Source of the DNA: an uncultured bacterium
GTDB taxonomy: Bacteria; Abyssobacteria; SURF-5
Length of the DNA stretch: 36,372 nucleotides
Direction of reading: 5' to 3'
Assembly (NCBI GenBank): GCA_964607485.1
Contig: CAZSKP010000017.1
Span: 58,743 to 95,114 of the forward strand
The number at the start of each line of letters is the position of its first letter. Positions within the stretch are counted from its first letter, which is position 1. Below the pieces are notes generated by a model. It was not told where the DNA came from and made no database searches. It saw only the letters and a program-made list of their open reading frames with translations. Positions 27,503 through 36,372 of the stretch are shown here, in pieces. The translations under genes were made by a program, and so were the position numbers.

Positions 27503-27530
27503 GCAGGGGCGCACGACCGTGCGCCCCCAC
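27503..27530. repeat. REP-like palindrome
   Basis: GCAGGGGCGCACGACCGTGCGCCCCCAC; intergenic; same ends as 3896-3923. Confidence 0.6.
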
Positions 27531-27561
27531 AAGAGCCAACACGAACAAAGTTGAAAAACCG

Positions 27562-28650
27562 CTACATGAGCCCCTCCATCGTGCGGCCGGTCTTCTGCGC
27601 TTTCTCCATCGTCCAGGTAATGATGTTGTCGGGTGGAATGTCAACTTCTGCTTCATCTTTTCGCTGGAGCGAGAGCGCGCCGCTCGGGCAGGTGACCACG
27701 CACACGCCGCAGCCGATGCAGCGCTCGGGGTTGACCTCGTAGTATTCGCCCCGCTCGTCGATGGCTTCCATCGGACATCTCTCGTCGGCGCACACGCCGC
27801 AGGCGACGCATGTGTCGGGGTCTATCTGGGCGTAGTAATTCGATTTGGCGACGACATGGGGCGACCTGGCCATCTTCACGCCGCGCAGTATGAGGCAGCA
27901 GTCGGTGCAGCAATTACAGATGAACACGTGGCTGTCTTGCACGTTCCACGAGTTATGCACCAGACCTTCTTCCTCGGCCTTCTTCAGCAGTGCGAGCACT
28001 TCCTCCTTCGTTGCCTTTCGGGCGCCGCGATACTCGATGTCGAAGCCGTGCGGGTCCGGAGAAAAGGCGATGCAATTGTTCATGGTCGCGTCGCAGCCCT
28101 TGCCCATTATCTTCTGCTCCTTGCGGCAGATGCAGTCGGCGACGGCCCACGACTGAGCCTTTTCAACCATCTCCGACACCTTCTCGAATGGAAGCACCGT
28201 GATCTTGTCCGGAATCGCCTCTTCGACGGGATAGACGCGCACCTGTGCCGGGGCGGCCTCTCCGAGTTTCTCGGCGAGCGCCTCCTCGAAGTATTTCTCG
28301 AAGATCTCGACATACTCCTTGTCGAGCCGCGGGAGCTGAAATTCGTGGATGCCGACCAGGAACGGAAACGCGCTGTACATCCGTGAGCCCTCAGGGCCCA
28401 TTCCCATGAGCTGTCCCTTCGAGGTCATCCGCTCGAGGAGCGACGCCATCTCGTTCGCGTCGCGGCCGAGTCGCTCGGCGACCTGTTCGGGCGTTTCGGG
28501 CACGAGCTTCATCTGTGAGGCAACCTCGGCCTCCTCTTCCGTGAAGACCTTCTTCAGGAGTTCTATCTCGATTCCGCTCTCTGTCCTGGGAAAACCCTGA
28601 GGCATCGCGTCGAGATGCTCGGCCAATTTCTGGAAACTGTCCTTACTCAT
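27562..28650 (-). CDS. 4Fe-4S binding protein, paralog of 26331-27455
   Basis: KLAEHLD..PQGFP, CICR, ICNCCTDCC, CVACGVCADERCP, CIGCGVCVVTCP; GGAGGAGG RBS. Confidence 0.9.
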   Translation of the reverse strand: MSKDSFQKLAEHLDAMPQGFPRTESGIEIELLKKVFTEEEAEVASQMKLVPETPEQVAERLGRDANEMASLLERMTSKGQLMGMGPEGSRMYSAFPFLVGIHEFQLPRLDKEYVEIFEKYFEEALAEKLGEAAPAQVRVYPVEEAIPDKITVLPFEKVSEMVEKAQSWAVADCICRKEQKIMGKGCDATMNNCIAFSPDPHGFDIEYRGARKATKEEVLALLKKAEEEGLVHNSWNVQDSHVFICNCCTDCCLILRGVKMARSPHVVAKSNYYAQIDPDTCVACGVCADERCPMEAIDERGEYYEVNPERCIGCGVCVVTCPSGALSLQRKDEAEVDIPPDNIITWTMEKAQKTGRTMEGLM

Positions 28651-28733
28651 TACCTCCTCCTTCCGACTACGCCCCAACGCTTAGCGCGTTGCAGGCCGTT
28701 TTTCCAAATGACGAATATCCGTCTTTCCCCTTC

Positions 28734-29318
28734 TTATGGCGCCCATCCTCTTATTACCTGCCGCAGCATCTCGATATTGCGCTCCATGATGCCAGGGTCC
28801 TTGTGCGTTTTGCGGAGAAGAAACGACCCCTGAATCTGTGCGAGCACAAAATCCGCCAGTTGTCTCGACGGCAGGTCTTCCTTGAAAACTCCCGCCTGTT
28901 TCCCCTCTTCCAGGCACTGCGCCATCCGCTCGGCGCCGGCGCGGAAGAATTCGCTCAACGATTGCCGCAAGGGCTCGTGGATGACGCTCATCTCCTGCGC
29001 CAGATTGCCGAACGGGCAGCCCAATTCTCCCTCCTGCATCACGCCGAGCGCGAGCACCCTGTCGAGAAACGCTTCCACGCGTTCGAGCGGATTCAGCGCG
29101 GGGTCATCGAGCGCCGGTGCTATGACCAAATCGTAAAACTGGCGCATCCTGCGGTTCAGGACCTCGAAGCCGAGCTGCTCCTTGCTCTCGAAATGGTAGT
29201 AGAAATTGCTCTTGGTGACGGAAGAGGCATCGAGGATATCCTGGACGCTGGTGTTATTGAAGCCTTTGGTATGAATGAGCTTAGCGGCTTCTGAAATGAT
29301 TTTGTCCTTGCTGCTCAT
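28734..29318 (-). CDS. TetR family regulator (NemR/LmrA-like)
   Basis: KGFNNTSVQDIL...KSNFYYHFESKEQL; GCPFGNLAQE. Confidence 0.93.
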   Translation of the reverse strand: MSSKDKIISEAAKLIHTKGFNNTSVQDILDASSVTKSNFYYHFESKEQLGFEVLNRRMRQFYDLVIAPALDDPALNPLERVEAFLDRVLALGVMQEGELGCPFGNLAQEMSVIHEPLRQSLSEFFRAGAERMAQCLEEGKQAGVFKEDLPSRQLADFVLAQIQGSFLLRKTHKDPGIMERNIEMLRQVIRGWAP

Positions 29319-29334
29319 ATATGGGAGGTCCCTT

Positions 29335-29385
29335 TAGAACTGACCGGTCGGTCCTAATCATACCACACGACCCAAAATCTGTCAA
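29335..29385 (-). promoter_or_regulatory. Sigma70 promoter with TetR operator over the start site
   Basis: TTGACA-17-TATGAT (29385-29357), immediately followed by the 22-bp palindrome TAGAACTGACCGGTCGGTCCTA (29335-29356). Confidence 0.8.
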
Positions 29386-29439
29386 GAGAAAAATGGGACC
29401 AATTCCATTCCCTGAACTCTTGGGTCTGAGGAGGTGGCG

Positions 29440-29988
29440 CTAGTAGCTGGGGGGAATGGTGACGCAGATGCCGTGGGCGCGGTCCTTGCCGACGTTGACG
29501 TATTTGTGGGGCAGGCCGGAATTGAAATAGATGGTGTCGTCTTTTTTCAGGATATACTTCTTCTCTCCGACCGTCACCTCCACTGTTCCCTTCGTTACAA
29601 TTGCCCACTCTTGGCCTATGTGCATGCCCATTCGGTGGGTCGAATGCGCGCCGGGCTCTCCCGAATAACGGACCGGAAGCATCGCATTGCCCTGGGGCTC
29701 GAGGATCAGGAATTCCATCTCGAAGTCCCCGTCTTCCACCTTGAACCTCCCCCTGTCGGACTTACGAAGTACTACCGATTCGTCACTCGGGAGAGAGGCA
29801 AAGATGTCGTAGAGGGGAAGATCGAGGGCCGACGCTATCTTTGAAAGCGACTCGATGGAGGGAAACACATTATTGTTTTCGATCCGGGATATCAGCGCCT
29901 TTGAATATCCGCAACTTGTGGCGACATCCTCAAGCGTCAATCCCTTTTCGAGCCGAGCTTTTTTGAGCACTTCACCGAGTTCGACCAT
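29440..29988 (-). CDS. XRE-family HTH regulator with cupin sensor domain
   Basis: LKKARLEKGLTLEDVA...SKALISRIENN..PSIESL; HIGQEW, FNSGLPH. Confidence 0.92.
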   Translation of the reverse strand: MVELGEVLKKARLEKGLTLEDVATSCGYSKALISRIENNNVFPSIESLSKIASALDLPLYDIFASLPSDESVVLRKSDRGRFKVEDGDFEMEFLILEPQGNAMLPVRYSGEPGAHSTHRMGMHIGQEWAIVTKGTVEVTVGEKKYILKKDDTIYFNSGLPHKYVNVGKDRAHGICVTIPPSY

Positions 29989-30160
29989 GGGGTGTTCTTC
30001 AGCCCCCTATGTCAGTTTCGGGTCGGGATGGTCTTCTTTGATTATACCAGCAACTCTTGAAAAGTCAATCGAAAATTGCATGTGGATATATAATTCACCC
30101 ACTCGCCATGCGAGGGAACGGCCGAAAATCCACCGCCGTCTTCCCCTACGGGGGACATGG

Positions 30161-30541
30161 CTATATTCTGCTCCGAAAGTGTATGATTTCAATGCGGCCG
30201 GTGTCGCTGAGAAACAAGGTTACCAGGAAGCTCAAGGCACTGTAAACAAGCGCCGCTCCCAGGGCGATCCAAAAATTGTCGATCTCGAATCCTCTGACCA
30301 TTGCGGAAGTGATCATCAACATCAGCGCATTTATCACAAAGACAAAGAGGCCAACCGTCAGAATGGTGAGGGGGAGGGTCAGCAATATGATAATGGGTCG
30401 CAGAAAGGCGTTCAGCAAACCGAGGATTATGCCGGCAAAGATGAGCGCCAGCGCTCCGGACACATGAACGCCCTTAAACATCCAGGCCACAAGGGCCAGA
30501 AGCAAAAGGTTGATGAAGAAGCGCGCCACAAAACCCCGCAT
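30161..30541 (-). CDS. YvlD/DUF360 four-TM membrane protein ('phage holin family IV')
   Basis: LGLLNAFLRPIIILLTLPLTILTVGLF.FVINA; AGGAGG RBS. Confidence 0.88.
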   Translation of the reverse strand: MRGFVARFFINLLLLALVAWMFKGVHVSGALALIFAGIILGLLNAFLRPIIILLTLPLTILTVGLFVFVINALMLMITSAMVRGFEIDNFWIALGAALVYSALSFLVTLFLSDTGRIEIIHFRSRI

Positions 30542-30766
30542 TTGAATGTCCTCCTTACGCCGAGCCGCGCATTTGCCCTGAGGTTATTTCCGAGGGGACG
30601 GTTCGACATTTATTATATACAAATACCGACGCCGATTGCTATTTTCCCCCGATTCCGCCGAGAGGACACCATCCGGCGATTTCCTGTATAATGGAGTTCA
30701 TGCATCTCAGGGCAGGACGTGGGTTGTCCAGCCCACAGGCTTCGCGTAACGCAAAGAGGAGAAAGA

Positions 30767-31585
30767 ATGAACATGGATGTGAATCCGATGAGCATTGAGG
30801 TCTTGCGGTCGGTACGCCGGATGGAGCTGAAATCGAAGTCCGCATTCTGCGGCGGATTCTATGATGAAATGGGGCCGGTCGTTCTCGGCGGGTGTGAGAT
30901 GGTTCCCGACCCGCACTTCAACAGGATTTCGGTGCTCGAGCCGGACAAGCTGAATCGCGCTCTTTTGGCCGAATGCGTCGGTCGAATGGCGGAGGGCGTG
31001 CCATTCTTCATAGACGTGCCGCATCCGGTTTCAAGAGAACTCAGCGAGCTTCTCGTCGAGGAGGGGTGCCATCCTACGGGCGAATCAAGGTCGAGCATGC
31101 TTCTGACTGATCGCGAGGACACATCCCGGGCGGCGGCCGAATTGGACATCGCGCTCGCCGAAGCCGACACCCTCGACGTGTTTCTCGACCTCTTCCTGAG
31201 AGGATTCAACACGCCCGAACATATGGTCCCCGTCGCCACGAGTCTGTTTCACGACCTCGTGCCCCGGAACTGTCATCCCGACAACTCGCGCCTCTACCTC
31301 GGCACCTTTCGGGACGAACCCGCCGCGACGCTGTACCTCTTCTTCGAGGAAGACGAAGGCGGCGTGAACATGGTGTCAACGAAGGAGGGCATGCGCAGGA
31401 GGGGATTGGCCGCCGCGATGCTCAAGCGCACCATTGCCGACGCTCGTGCGCTCGGCATCCGCAAGCTGGGCCTGGAAACACGATGGGACAGCGCGCCGGA
31501 ACGCCTCTACGGGCGGCTCGGCTTCCTCACCATCGCGCGCCACGAAGTCTTCGCCAATACGCCTGACATGAAATACGGTCTCTGA
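30767..31585 (+). CDS. GNAT family N-acetyltransferase
   Basis: C-terminal VSTKEGMRRRGLA acetyl-CoA motif and LYGRLGF; GAGGAG RBS. Confidence 0.85.
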   Translation: MNMDVNPMSIEVLRSVRRMELKSKSAFCGGFYDEMGPVVLGGCEMVPDPHFNRISVLEPDKLNRALLAECVGRMAEGVPFFIDVPHPVSRELSELLVEEGCHPTGESRSSMLLTDREDTSRAAAELDIALAEADTLDVFLDLFLRGFNTPEHMVPVATSLFHDLVPRNCHPDNSRLYLGTFRDEPAATLYLFFEEDEGGVNMVSTKEGMRRRGLAAAMLKRTIADARALGIRKLGLETRWDSAPERLYGRLGFLTIARHEVFANTPDMKYGL

Positions 31586-31597
31586 GGCAGCGTCCGC

Positions 31598-32200
31598 TCA
31601 TGGGGAGGCGTCGAAGACCCGGCGGTAGTGCTCCCATGGAAGCGAGAGCATTATTTCATCGTCGCGGAGTCGTCCGAAGCGCCGGCTTCCACAGCATCCC
31701 ACCGAAAGGTTGGGTTCGCCGGTGACGATAGTGTGCGTGGTCAGCTCACCACACATCGCCCCTATGCCTCCGATGCTTGCCTCCAGCCGTTTGCCCGTAT
31801 GGCTTGCAATATCCCACACGAGGTTCATTATCTCGCCGGGATTACCGATGACGATCACCACGTCCGGCTCCACGGGCATGGCGGCAAGCGGGAAGAAAGC
31901 GATGAATTTCTCCCCCTCGGGCAATCGCCGCGTGGAGGCGAGAATCTTTCCGGCAATCTCCATCTTTAGCGCGTTATTGATGCCGGTGAGGTCTTTGGTG
32001 AGCGAGCGCCGGAAGGCAGGCCCGTCGCGGCCGAGCCCGAGCGTATAGATTGCGAACCCGCATGAGTAATTCACGGCCTCCGCGTAGAACACCTTGCCTT
32101 TTCGCGCCCGGGCAATCATGTTGCAGTGTGTGGCCCGGCGCTTGAGCCGACGCAGATCATCGGGCTTCTCGCTGAGAATCGCAACGCCTATTCGATCCAT
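31598..32200 (-). CDS. DUF169 family Cys-rich protein
   Basis: HCNMI..AR.G..FY, YSC...LG, EPDVVIV.G.P, AMCGE, SVGCCGSR. Confidence 0.78.
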   Translation of the reverse strand: MDRIGVAILSEKPDDLRRLKRRATHCNMIARARKGKVFYAEAVNYSCGFAIYTLGLGRDGPAFRRSLTKDLTGINNALKMEIAGKILASTRRLPEGEKFIAFFPLAAMPVEPDVVIVIGNPGEIMNLVWDIASHTGKRLEASIGGIGAMCGELTTHTIVTGEPNLSVGCCGSRRFGRLRDDEIMLSLPWEHYRRVFDASP

Positions 32201-32255
32201 CAAAACTCCCGTTGGCCTTCACGCTTCGGGGACAGTTCCCCTCCGCAACGCAGGT

Positions 32256-33953
32256 TCACCCGGCCCCGTTTCCCGTCACAAGGTCGAACGGCCACGTTAC
32301 GACGCCGCCGTCCATGAACTTGGTGTCTTTGAACCCGGCGGCGTCGAGTATTTTGCATGCCTCATACCCCCTCAGGCTTATCTTGCAGAATGCGATGATT
32401 TCCTTGTCCTTGGGCAACTCTCCCGCCCGCTCCTTGAGCTGTCCGAGCGGTATGAGCTTTGTCCCTTCTATGTGCACCTCATCATATTCGTTCTGGTTGC
32501 GAACATCGAGAAATACGAAATCCTCGCCCTTATCCAGCTTCTGTTTGACCGCAATCGGCGAGATGCCCCTTGCCTCGCCCGACAGCTTGTTGCGGAGCAC
32601 GTTGACGGCGGTGAGCGCCGGCCCGATGGGGGACGAATAGGGCGGCGCGTAGCAGAGGTCGAGGTTGCCGAGCGCCTCGGCCGTGGCGCGGCTGTTAATC
32701 AGCGCGGCGAACACGTCGGTCCGCTTATCCACGTCGCCCATCCCGACCACCTGCGCACCGAGCAGTCTGCCGGTCTTCTTCTCGGCGACGAGTTTTATGG
32801 CGATGAGTTTGGCCGTGGGGTAGTAGTGGGCGCGGTCGGGGCCGGGAACGATAACCGTCTCGACGTCGAAGCCCATTTTGCGCGCGTCGGTTTCGGTCAG
32901 GCCCGTTCGTCCGACGTTCATATCGAATGTCTTAAATACCAGTGTGCCCAGCACTCCGGGGAACGACTCGCGGCCGCCGGTGACGTTTACGCCCACGACG
33001 CGGCCCTGCTTGTTGGCGGTCGAGCCGAGCGGAACGAACACGGGTTTGTCGCAGACGAGGTGGTGCATCTCGACGCAGTCGCCGGCCGCGTAGATGTCGG
33101 GGTCGCTGGTCTGCATGAGTTCGTTGACCTTGATGGCGCCCGTCTCGCCGAGCGTGAGTCCGGCCGCCTTGGCGAGTTCCACGTTCGGCCTCACTCCTAT
33201 GCCGAGCACGGCGAAGTCGGCGTCGAGCACTCCCTTTTCGGTGACGACCTGCTTCAGATTGCCGAGGTCGTCGCCCTTGAATTCGACCACGCCGTCGGAT
33301 GTCTTGACCGTCACGCCCTTCGACTGCAGGTGTCGCCTCACTATTATCGACATCTCGTAATCGAGCGCGAGCATTATCTGGCCCATTTTTTCGACGAGCG
33401 TGATTTCGACGCCCCTCTCGACGAGCGATTCGGCCGCCTCCAGCCCGATGAAGCCGCCGCCCACGATGACGCCTTTCTTCCCCTTGCCGACCAGCCTGCG
33501 CAGTTCCTCGGCGTCCTCGATGGTCTGGAGCGTGTGGATGTTCTTCAGGTCTGTGCCTGGGATCGGGGGAACGACGGCCTTGGCGCCCGTGGCGATGAGG
33601 AGCTTGTCGTAACCGACGGAAAAATCCTCGCCGGTGTCGAGATTCTTTCCCGACACCCTCTTGTTCTTCCGGTCAATCGAGGTGGCCTCGTGATGGGTGA
33701 GTATCTCGAGCTCTTTCATCTTCTTGAAGAACTGCGGCGTTCGGGGTACTCCGAGCAGGTTCGAGTAGAGTGCCTCCTGTTTTGGGATTGTTCCGCTGAC
33801 GTAATAGGGGAGTCCGCAGGCGGCGTATGAAATGAATGTGCCCTTGTGGAGAGCCGTTATCTTGATGTTGGGATCGCGTCGGCGCGCCTTCGAGGCGGCC
33901 TTCAGCCCCGCGGCGTTAGCGCCTATTATCACAAAATGCTTGGTCTCGCTCAT
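32256..33953 (-). CDS. CoA-disulfide/persulfide reductase with C-terminal rhodanese domain (CoADR-RHD/Npsr type)
   Basis: IGANAAG, SYAACGLPY redox Cys, GGGFIGLE, YAAGDC, YAPPYS, rhodanese DVR...FCKISLRG. Confidence 0.93.
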   Translation of the reverse strand: MSETKHFVIIGANAAGLKAASKARRRDPNIKITALHKGTFISYAACGLPYYVSGTIPKQEALYSNLLGVPRTPQFFKKMKELEILTHHEATSIDRKNKRVSGKNLDTGEDFSVGYDKLLIATGAKAVVPPIPGTDLKNIHTLQTIEDAEELRRLVGKGKKGVIVGGGFIGLEAAESLVERGVEITLVEKMGQIMLALDYEMSIIVRRHLQSKGVTVKTSDGVVEFKGDDLGNLKQVVTEKGVLDADFAVLGIGVRPNVELAKAAGLTLGETGAIKVNELMQTSDPDIYAAGDCVEMHHLVCDKPVFVPLGSTANKQGRVVGVNVTGGRESFPGVLGTLVFKTFDMNVGRTGLTETDARKMGFDVETVIVPGPDRAHYYPTAKLIAIKLVAEKKTGRLLGAQVVGMGDVDKRTDVFAALINSRATAEALGNLDLCYAPPYSSPIGPALTAVNVLRNKLSGEARGISPIAVKQKLDKGEDFVFLDVRNQNEYDEVHIEGTKLIPLGQLKERAGELPKDKEIIAFCKISLRGYEACKILDAAGFKDTKFMDGGVVTWPFDLVTGNGAG

Positions 33954-34004
33954 CTTTCTCCCTCCTCGTTCAAACGGGAATGCTCACATCAGCGCGATGA
34001 TCGC

Positions 34005-34436
34005 TTACCTTCCGAATCTCCCTCGGCGCGGTGTGTCGCCGGTTGTCTCAACCGTCCCGCCGCCGGTGTCTCGGGTGTGTCCAGCACGTGGGATGCCTTT
34101 AGGGTAAAAGAACCACAGCAGAAACAGCAGCACACAGGACGCGAGAACGAGCGTCCACAACATCGAGGCCTTGCCCAGATATTTCTTGGCCGTCGCCTTG
34201 ATCCACGACCAATGGAGGATAATGTGGACGACCAGAAGAGTTATCAGGGACAGGGAAAGGTACAGGTGAATATTTCCCCAATCGTGACGATGCAGTCCCC
34301 AGAGATATTTCTCCGGGGCCGGCACCTCGCCGGTCGGAATCACGAACCCCAGCATGAGTCCGATGAAACCGATGGAGGCGATGGCCACGAACATGACCGC
34401 GTCGATGATGAAATTCAGCTTGTTCCGTTCCACCAC
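34005..34436 (-). CDS. DUF4405 membrane protein (possible b-heme ligands)
   Basis: NFIIDAVMF, W..IHLYLSL...VHIILHW.WI; three TM segments. Confidence 0.82.
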   Translation of the reverse strand: MVERNKLNFIIDAVMFVAIASIGFIGLMLGFVIPTGEVPAPEKYLWGLHRHDWGNIHLYLSLSLITLLVVHIILHWSWIKATAKKYLGKASMLWTLVLASCVLLFLLWFFYPKGIPRAGHTRDTGGGTVETTGDTPRRGRFGR

Positions 34437-34463
34437 GTTCCGTTCCGGGCCGGAGGCCTCGCG

Positions 34464-34769
34464 CTATCCATTGCGCTTCCGGATGCACTCGAGCAGCCCC
34501 AGGGCGGCTTCGTCGATGATGCGATAGAAGACCTGGTTGCCCTCTCGGCGCGCCTTTATCACGCCGTGCGTGCGGAGGATGCCGAGTTGGTGGCTCGTGA
34601 GCGCCTGGGATTTGCCGGTGGCCTCCACGATTCTGGACACCGGCTGCTCGCCATCCTTGAGGAAATCGATGATTCGAAGCCGCATCGGATGCGCGAGCGC
34701 CCGCAGGGTGGGCGCAATCTCCTCGAGCGTTTCTATATCGAGAAGCTCATTTGTTGGTTCTACTGTCAT
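34464..34769 (-). CDS. ArsR/SmtB family regulator
   Basis: LRALAHPMRLRII, SQALTSHQLGILR..G.I.ARREG..VFY; single Cys near the C-terminus. Confidence 0.92.
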   Translation of the reverse strand: MTVEPTNELLDIETLEEIAPTLRALAHPMRLRIIDFLKDGEQPVSRIVEATGKSQALTSHQLGILRTHGVIKARREGNQVFYRIIDEAALGLLECIRKRNG

Positions 34770-34777
34770 CGAGGACA

Positions 34778-34806
34778 AGCATATAACGACATCGCGATAT
34801 TGTCAA
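34778..34806 (-). promoter_or_regulatory. Sigma70 promoter with palindromic operator in the spacer
   Basis: TTGACA-17-TATGCT; spacer contains ATATCGCGATGT. Confidence 0.75.
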
Positions 34807-34897
34807 GCGGTTTTGTGAAGGAAATCTTGCGCCCGTTCCGAAAACAGCCCGGGTGGCTGAGCTGGGAGGGATAATCCCACAATATATGGCCATGCGC

Positions 34898-34925
34898 TTG
34901 AAAAAAATCAAATATATGGTATAAT
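34898..34925 (+). promoter_or_regulatory. Sigma70 promoter of amidase gene
   Basis: TTGAAA-16-TATAAT with TG extension. Confidence 0.6.
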
Positions 34926-34972
34926 AGGCCAAAAATCTGAACGAGTCCGATCCGGGCAAAGAACCCCCTCGC

Positions 34973-36372
34973 ATGCACGAAAAGAAAGATAGACTACGCC
35001 TGTTCCTCAGACCCTGCCGGCTCTTCCTGCTGATAGCCTTCCTGCTCGCAGTCCCTTCAGAGGCATACCCCCTTCACAAGGAAACGATAGAGCCGGGCCT
35101 GACGGCCGAGATAGAGGGGGGAAAGGAGATCTACCTGAGGGCGTGTCCCTCGGAGGATTCCGATACTTCCGACTGGGCGGGACGTCTGCTTGCCCGTCCT
35201 GAGAAGTATGACAGATTCATGAAGGGGGATTGTCTAAGGGTGCCTTTCGACGAACTGGCCGACGAATATCAACTGGAGACCGCAAAGGCTCTTTTCAAGT
35301 ATGATTCATATGACCAGAAGGGCTGGAACCACAAGATCACCTATGTGTCCACAAGGCGGCAGGGCGGAGAAACACTGTGGAGCATAAGCAAATGGTTCAC
35401 GGGCAACCCGCAGAATTACAAGAAGATAGTGAGTCACAACCGGATGTCCCGCCGGGCGAGGCTTTATAAGAGGATGACGATCAGAATTCCGTTCGAGCTG
35501 CTGTCGCCCGCATTCAGAGAACCCATCATATCCGAAATGGCGGCACGGCGTGCGCTGCAGTCGTTCTCGCCCGACTCGAAACGTCTTAACGGAAGCCTTC
35601 TGCTCAAGACCGACTCGCTGGGGCCGTACGCGTCGTACGAGCTGGAAAGGGGCGACACCATATACTCGAAGGTCGTCATGAAATTCACGGACAGGGTGAC
35701 CGCCGAGGATGTGATGGACGCGGTGAAAATCATCTGCGTCCGGAGCGGTATCCGTGACCCTCGGAGGCTGAAGGCGGGCGACGAGGTCAAGATTCCGCTC
35801 GAGCTGCTGTCGCCCATGTACCTGCCCCCGAACGACCCGCGCAGGCTGGAATATGAGCGGTTGAGACAGGAGGCCGAAAAGTACTCCAACCCCGTGCGGA
35901 CCGCCGACCTGATGGACATCTTGGTGATACTCGACCCGGGCCACGGCGGGAACGACCCCGGCACAATAGGCCGAAACGAAACCTATGAAGATGAAATAGT
36001 GTATGACATAGCGTGTCGGATAAAGCGGCTGCTCGAGACCACCACGATGGCGAAAGTCGTCCCGACACTCGTTGACAAGAGCACACAATACGAGCCCGCG
36101 GAAGTGTCGCGGTTTCCCAACGACACGGATGAATACCTGCTCACGAACCCCATCTATCGCAACCATGATCCCAAGGTGTCGGTCAACCTCAGGTGGTATC
36201 TGGCCAACTCCATTTTCAGAAAAGAGACCGCCAACGGAGCCGACCCCGACAAGGTTGTCTTTGTCAGTCTCCACGCCGATTCGCTTCACTACGCGGCGAG
36301 GGGCACGATGGTATATATTCCCGGCACCTATTTCTGCAGGGGGAACGGGGGGAAATCGGGGTACGTATATAC
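34973..36372 (+). CDS. N-acetylmuramoyl-L-alanine amidase (Amidase_3) with two LysM-like domains, partial
   Basis: Open frame to the window end (absent from the ORF track): signal peptide, GGETLWSISKWFTG...IRIP, RGDTIYS...LKAGDEVKIP, VILDPGHGGNDPG, FVSLHADS. Confidence 0.9.
   Translation, partial: MHEKKDRLRLFLRPCRLFLLIAFLLAVPSEAYPLHKETIEPGLTAEIEGGKEIYLRACPSEDSDTSDWAGRLLARPEKYDRFMKGDCLRVPFDELADEYQLETAKALFKYDSYDQKGWNHKITYVSTRRQGGETLWSISKWFTGNPQNYKKIVSHNRMSRRARLYKRMTIRIPFELLSPAFREPIISEMAARRALQSFSPDSKRLNGSLLLKTDSLGPYASYELERGDTIYSKVVMKFTDRVTAEDVMDAVKIICVRSGIRDPRRLKAGDEVKIPLELLSPMYLPPNDPRRLEYERLRQEAEKYSNPVRTADLMDILVILDPGHGGNDPGTIGRNETYEDEIVYDIACRIKRLLETTTMAKVVPTLVDKSTQYEPAEVSRFPNDTDEYLLTNPIYRNHDPKVSVNLRWYLANSIFRKETANGADPDKVVFVSLHADSLHYAARGTMVYIPGTYFCRGNGGKSGYVY

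Noticed and set aside
30007..30192. 61-aa ORF between the YvlD-like and XRE genes
   Set aside because: Overlaps the upstream gene and the probable promoter region; no RBS or motif
30161..30541. Prophage suggested by a 'phage holin family' gene
   Set aside because: This family is commonly chromosomal, and no phage structural, lysis or integrase genes are nearby
35306..36289. 327-aa minus-strand ORF
   Set aside because: Antisense to the clear LysM/Amidase_3 reading frame

Overview
A GC-rich chromosomal window from what is probably an anaerobic bacterium (inferred from radical dehydratase, Fe-S and CoA-disulfide reductase genes; taxonomy cannot be assigned from sequence alone). From left to right it holds: a GH-like TIM barrel plus Gfo/Idh/MocA pair; acyl-CoA metabolism genes (MaoC, cupin, acyl-CoA dehydrogenase, TetR); tRNA-Gly(GCC) and tRNA-Arg(TCG) flanking an SDR; a 2-hydroxyacyl-CoA dehydratase/BCR-like cluster with a stand-alone acetyl-CoA synthase-like fragment, separated from an acyl-CoA ligase by an AT-rich KAP NTPase; a metal/redox cluster (tetraheme c554, EncFtn-type ferritin, CDF, Lrp domain, BCAM0308-like, Zn-finger); an FMN-riboswitch-controlled ribD-ribE-ribBA-ribH-nusB-PHP operon; two tandem Fe-S proteins under a TetR; an ArsR-DUF4405-CoADR/rhodanese-DUF169 operon; and a partial LysM amidase. 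The best unexplained signals are (i) a 114-nt structured RNA candidate starting at a near-consensus promoter, back-to-back with the FMN riboswitch, (ii) a 48-aa Cys-rich ORF absent from the ORF track with a full sigma54-type promoter architecture, and (iii) the ACS-fragment/dehydratase operon. I saw no CRISPR array, transposase or integrase. All family calls come from motif recognition, not database searches.
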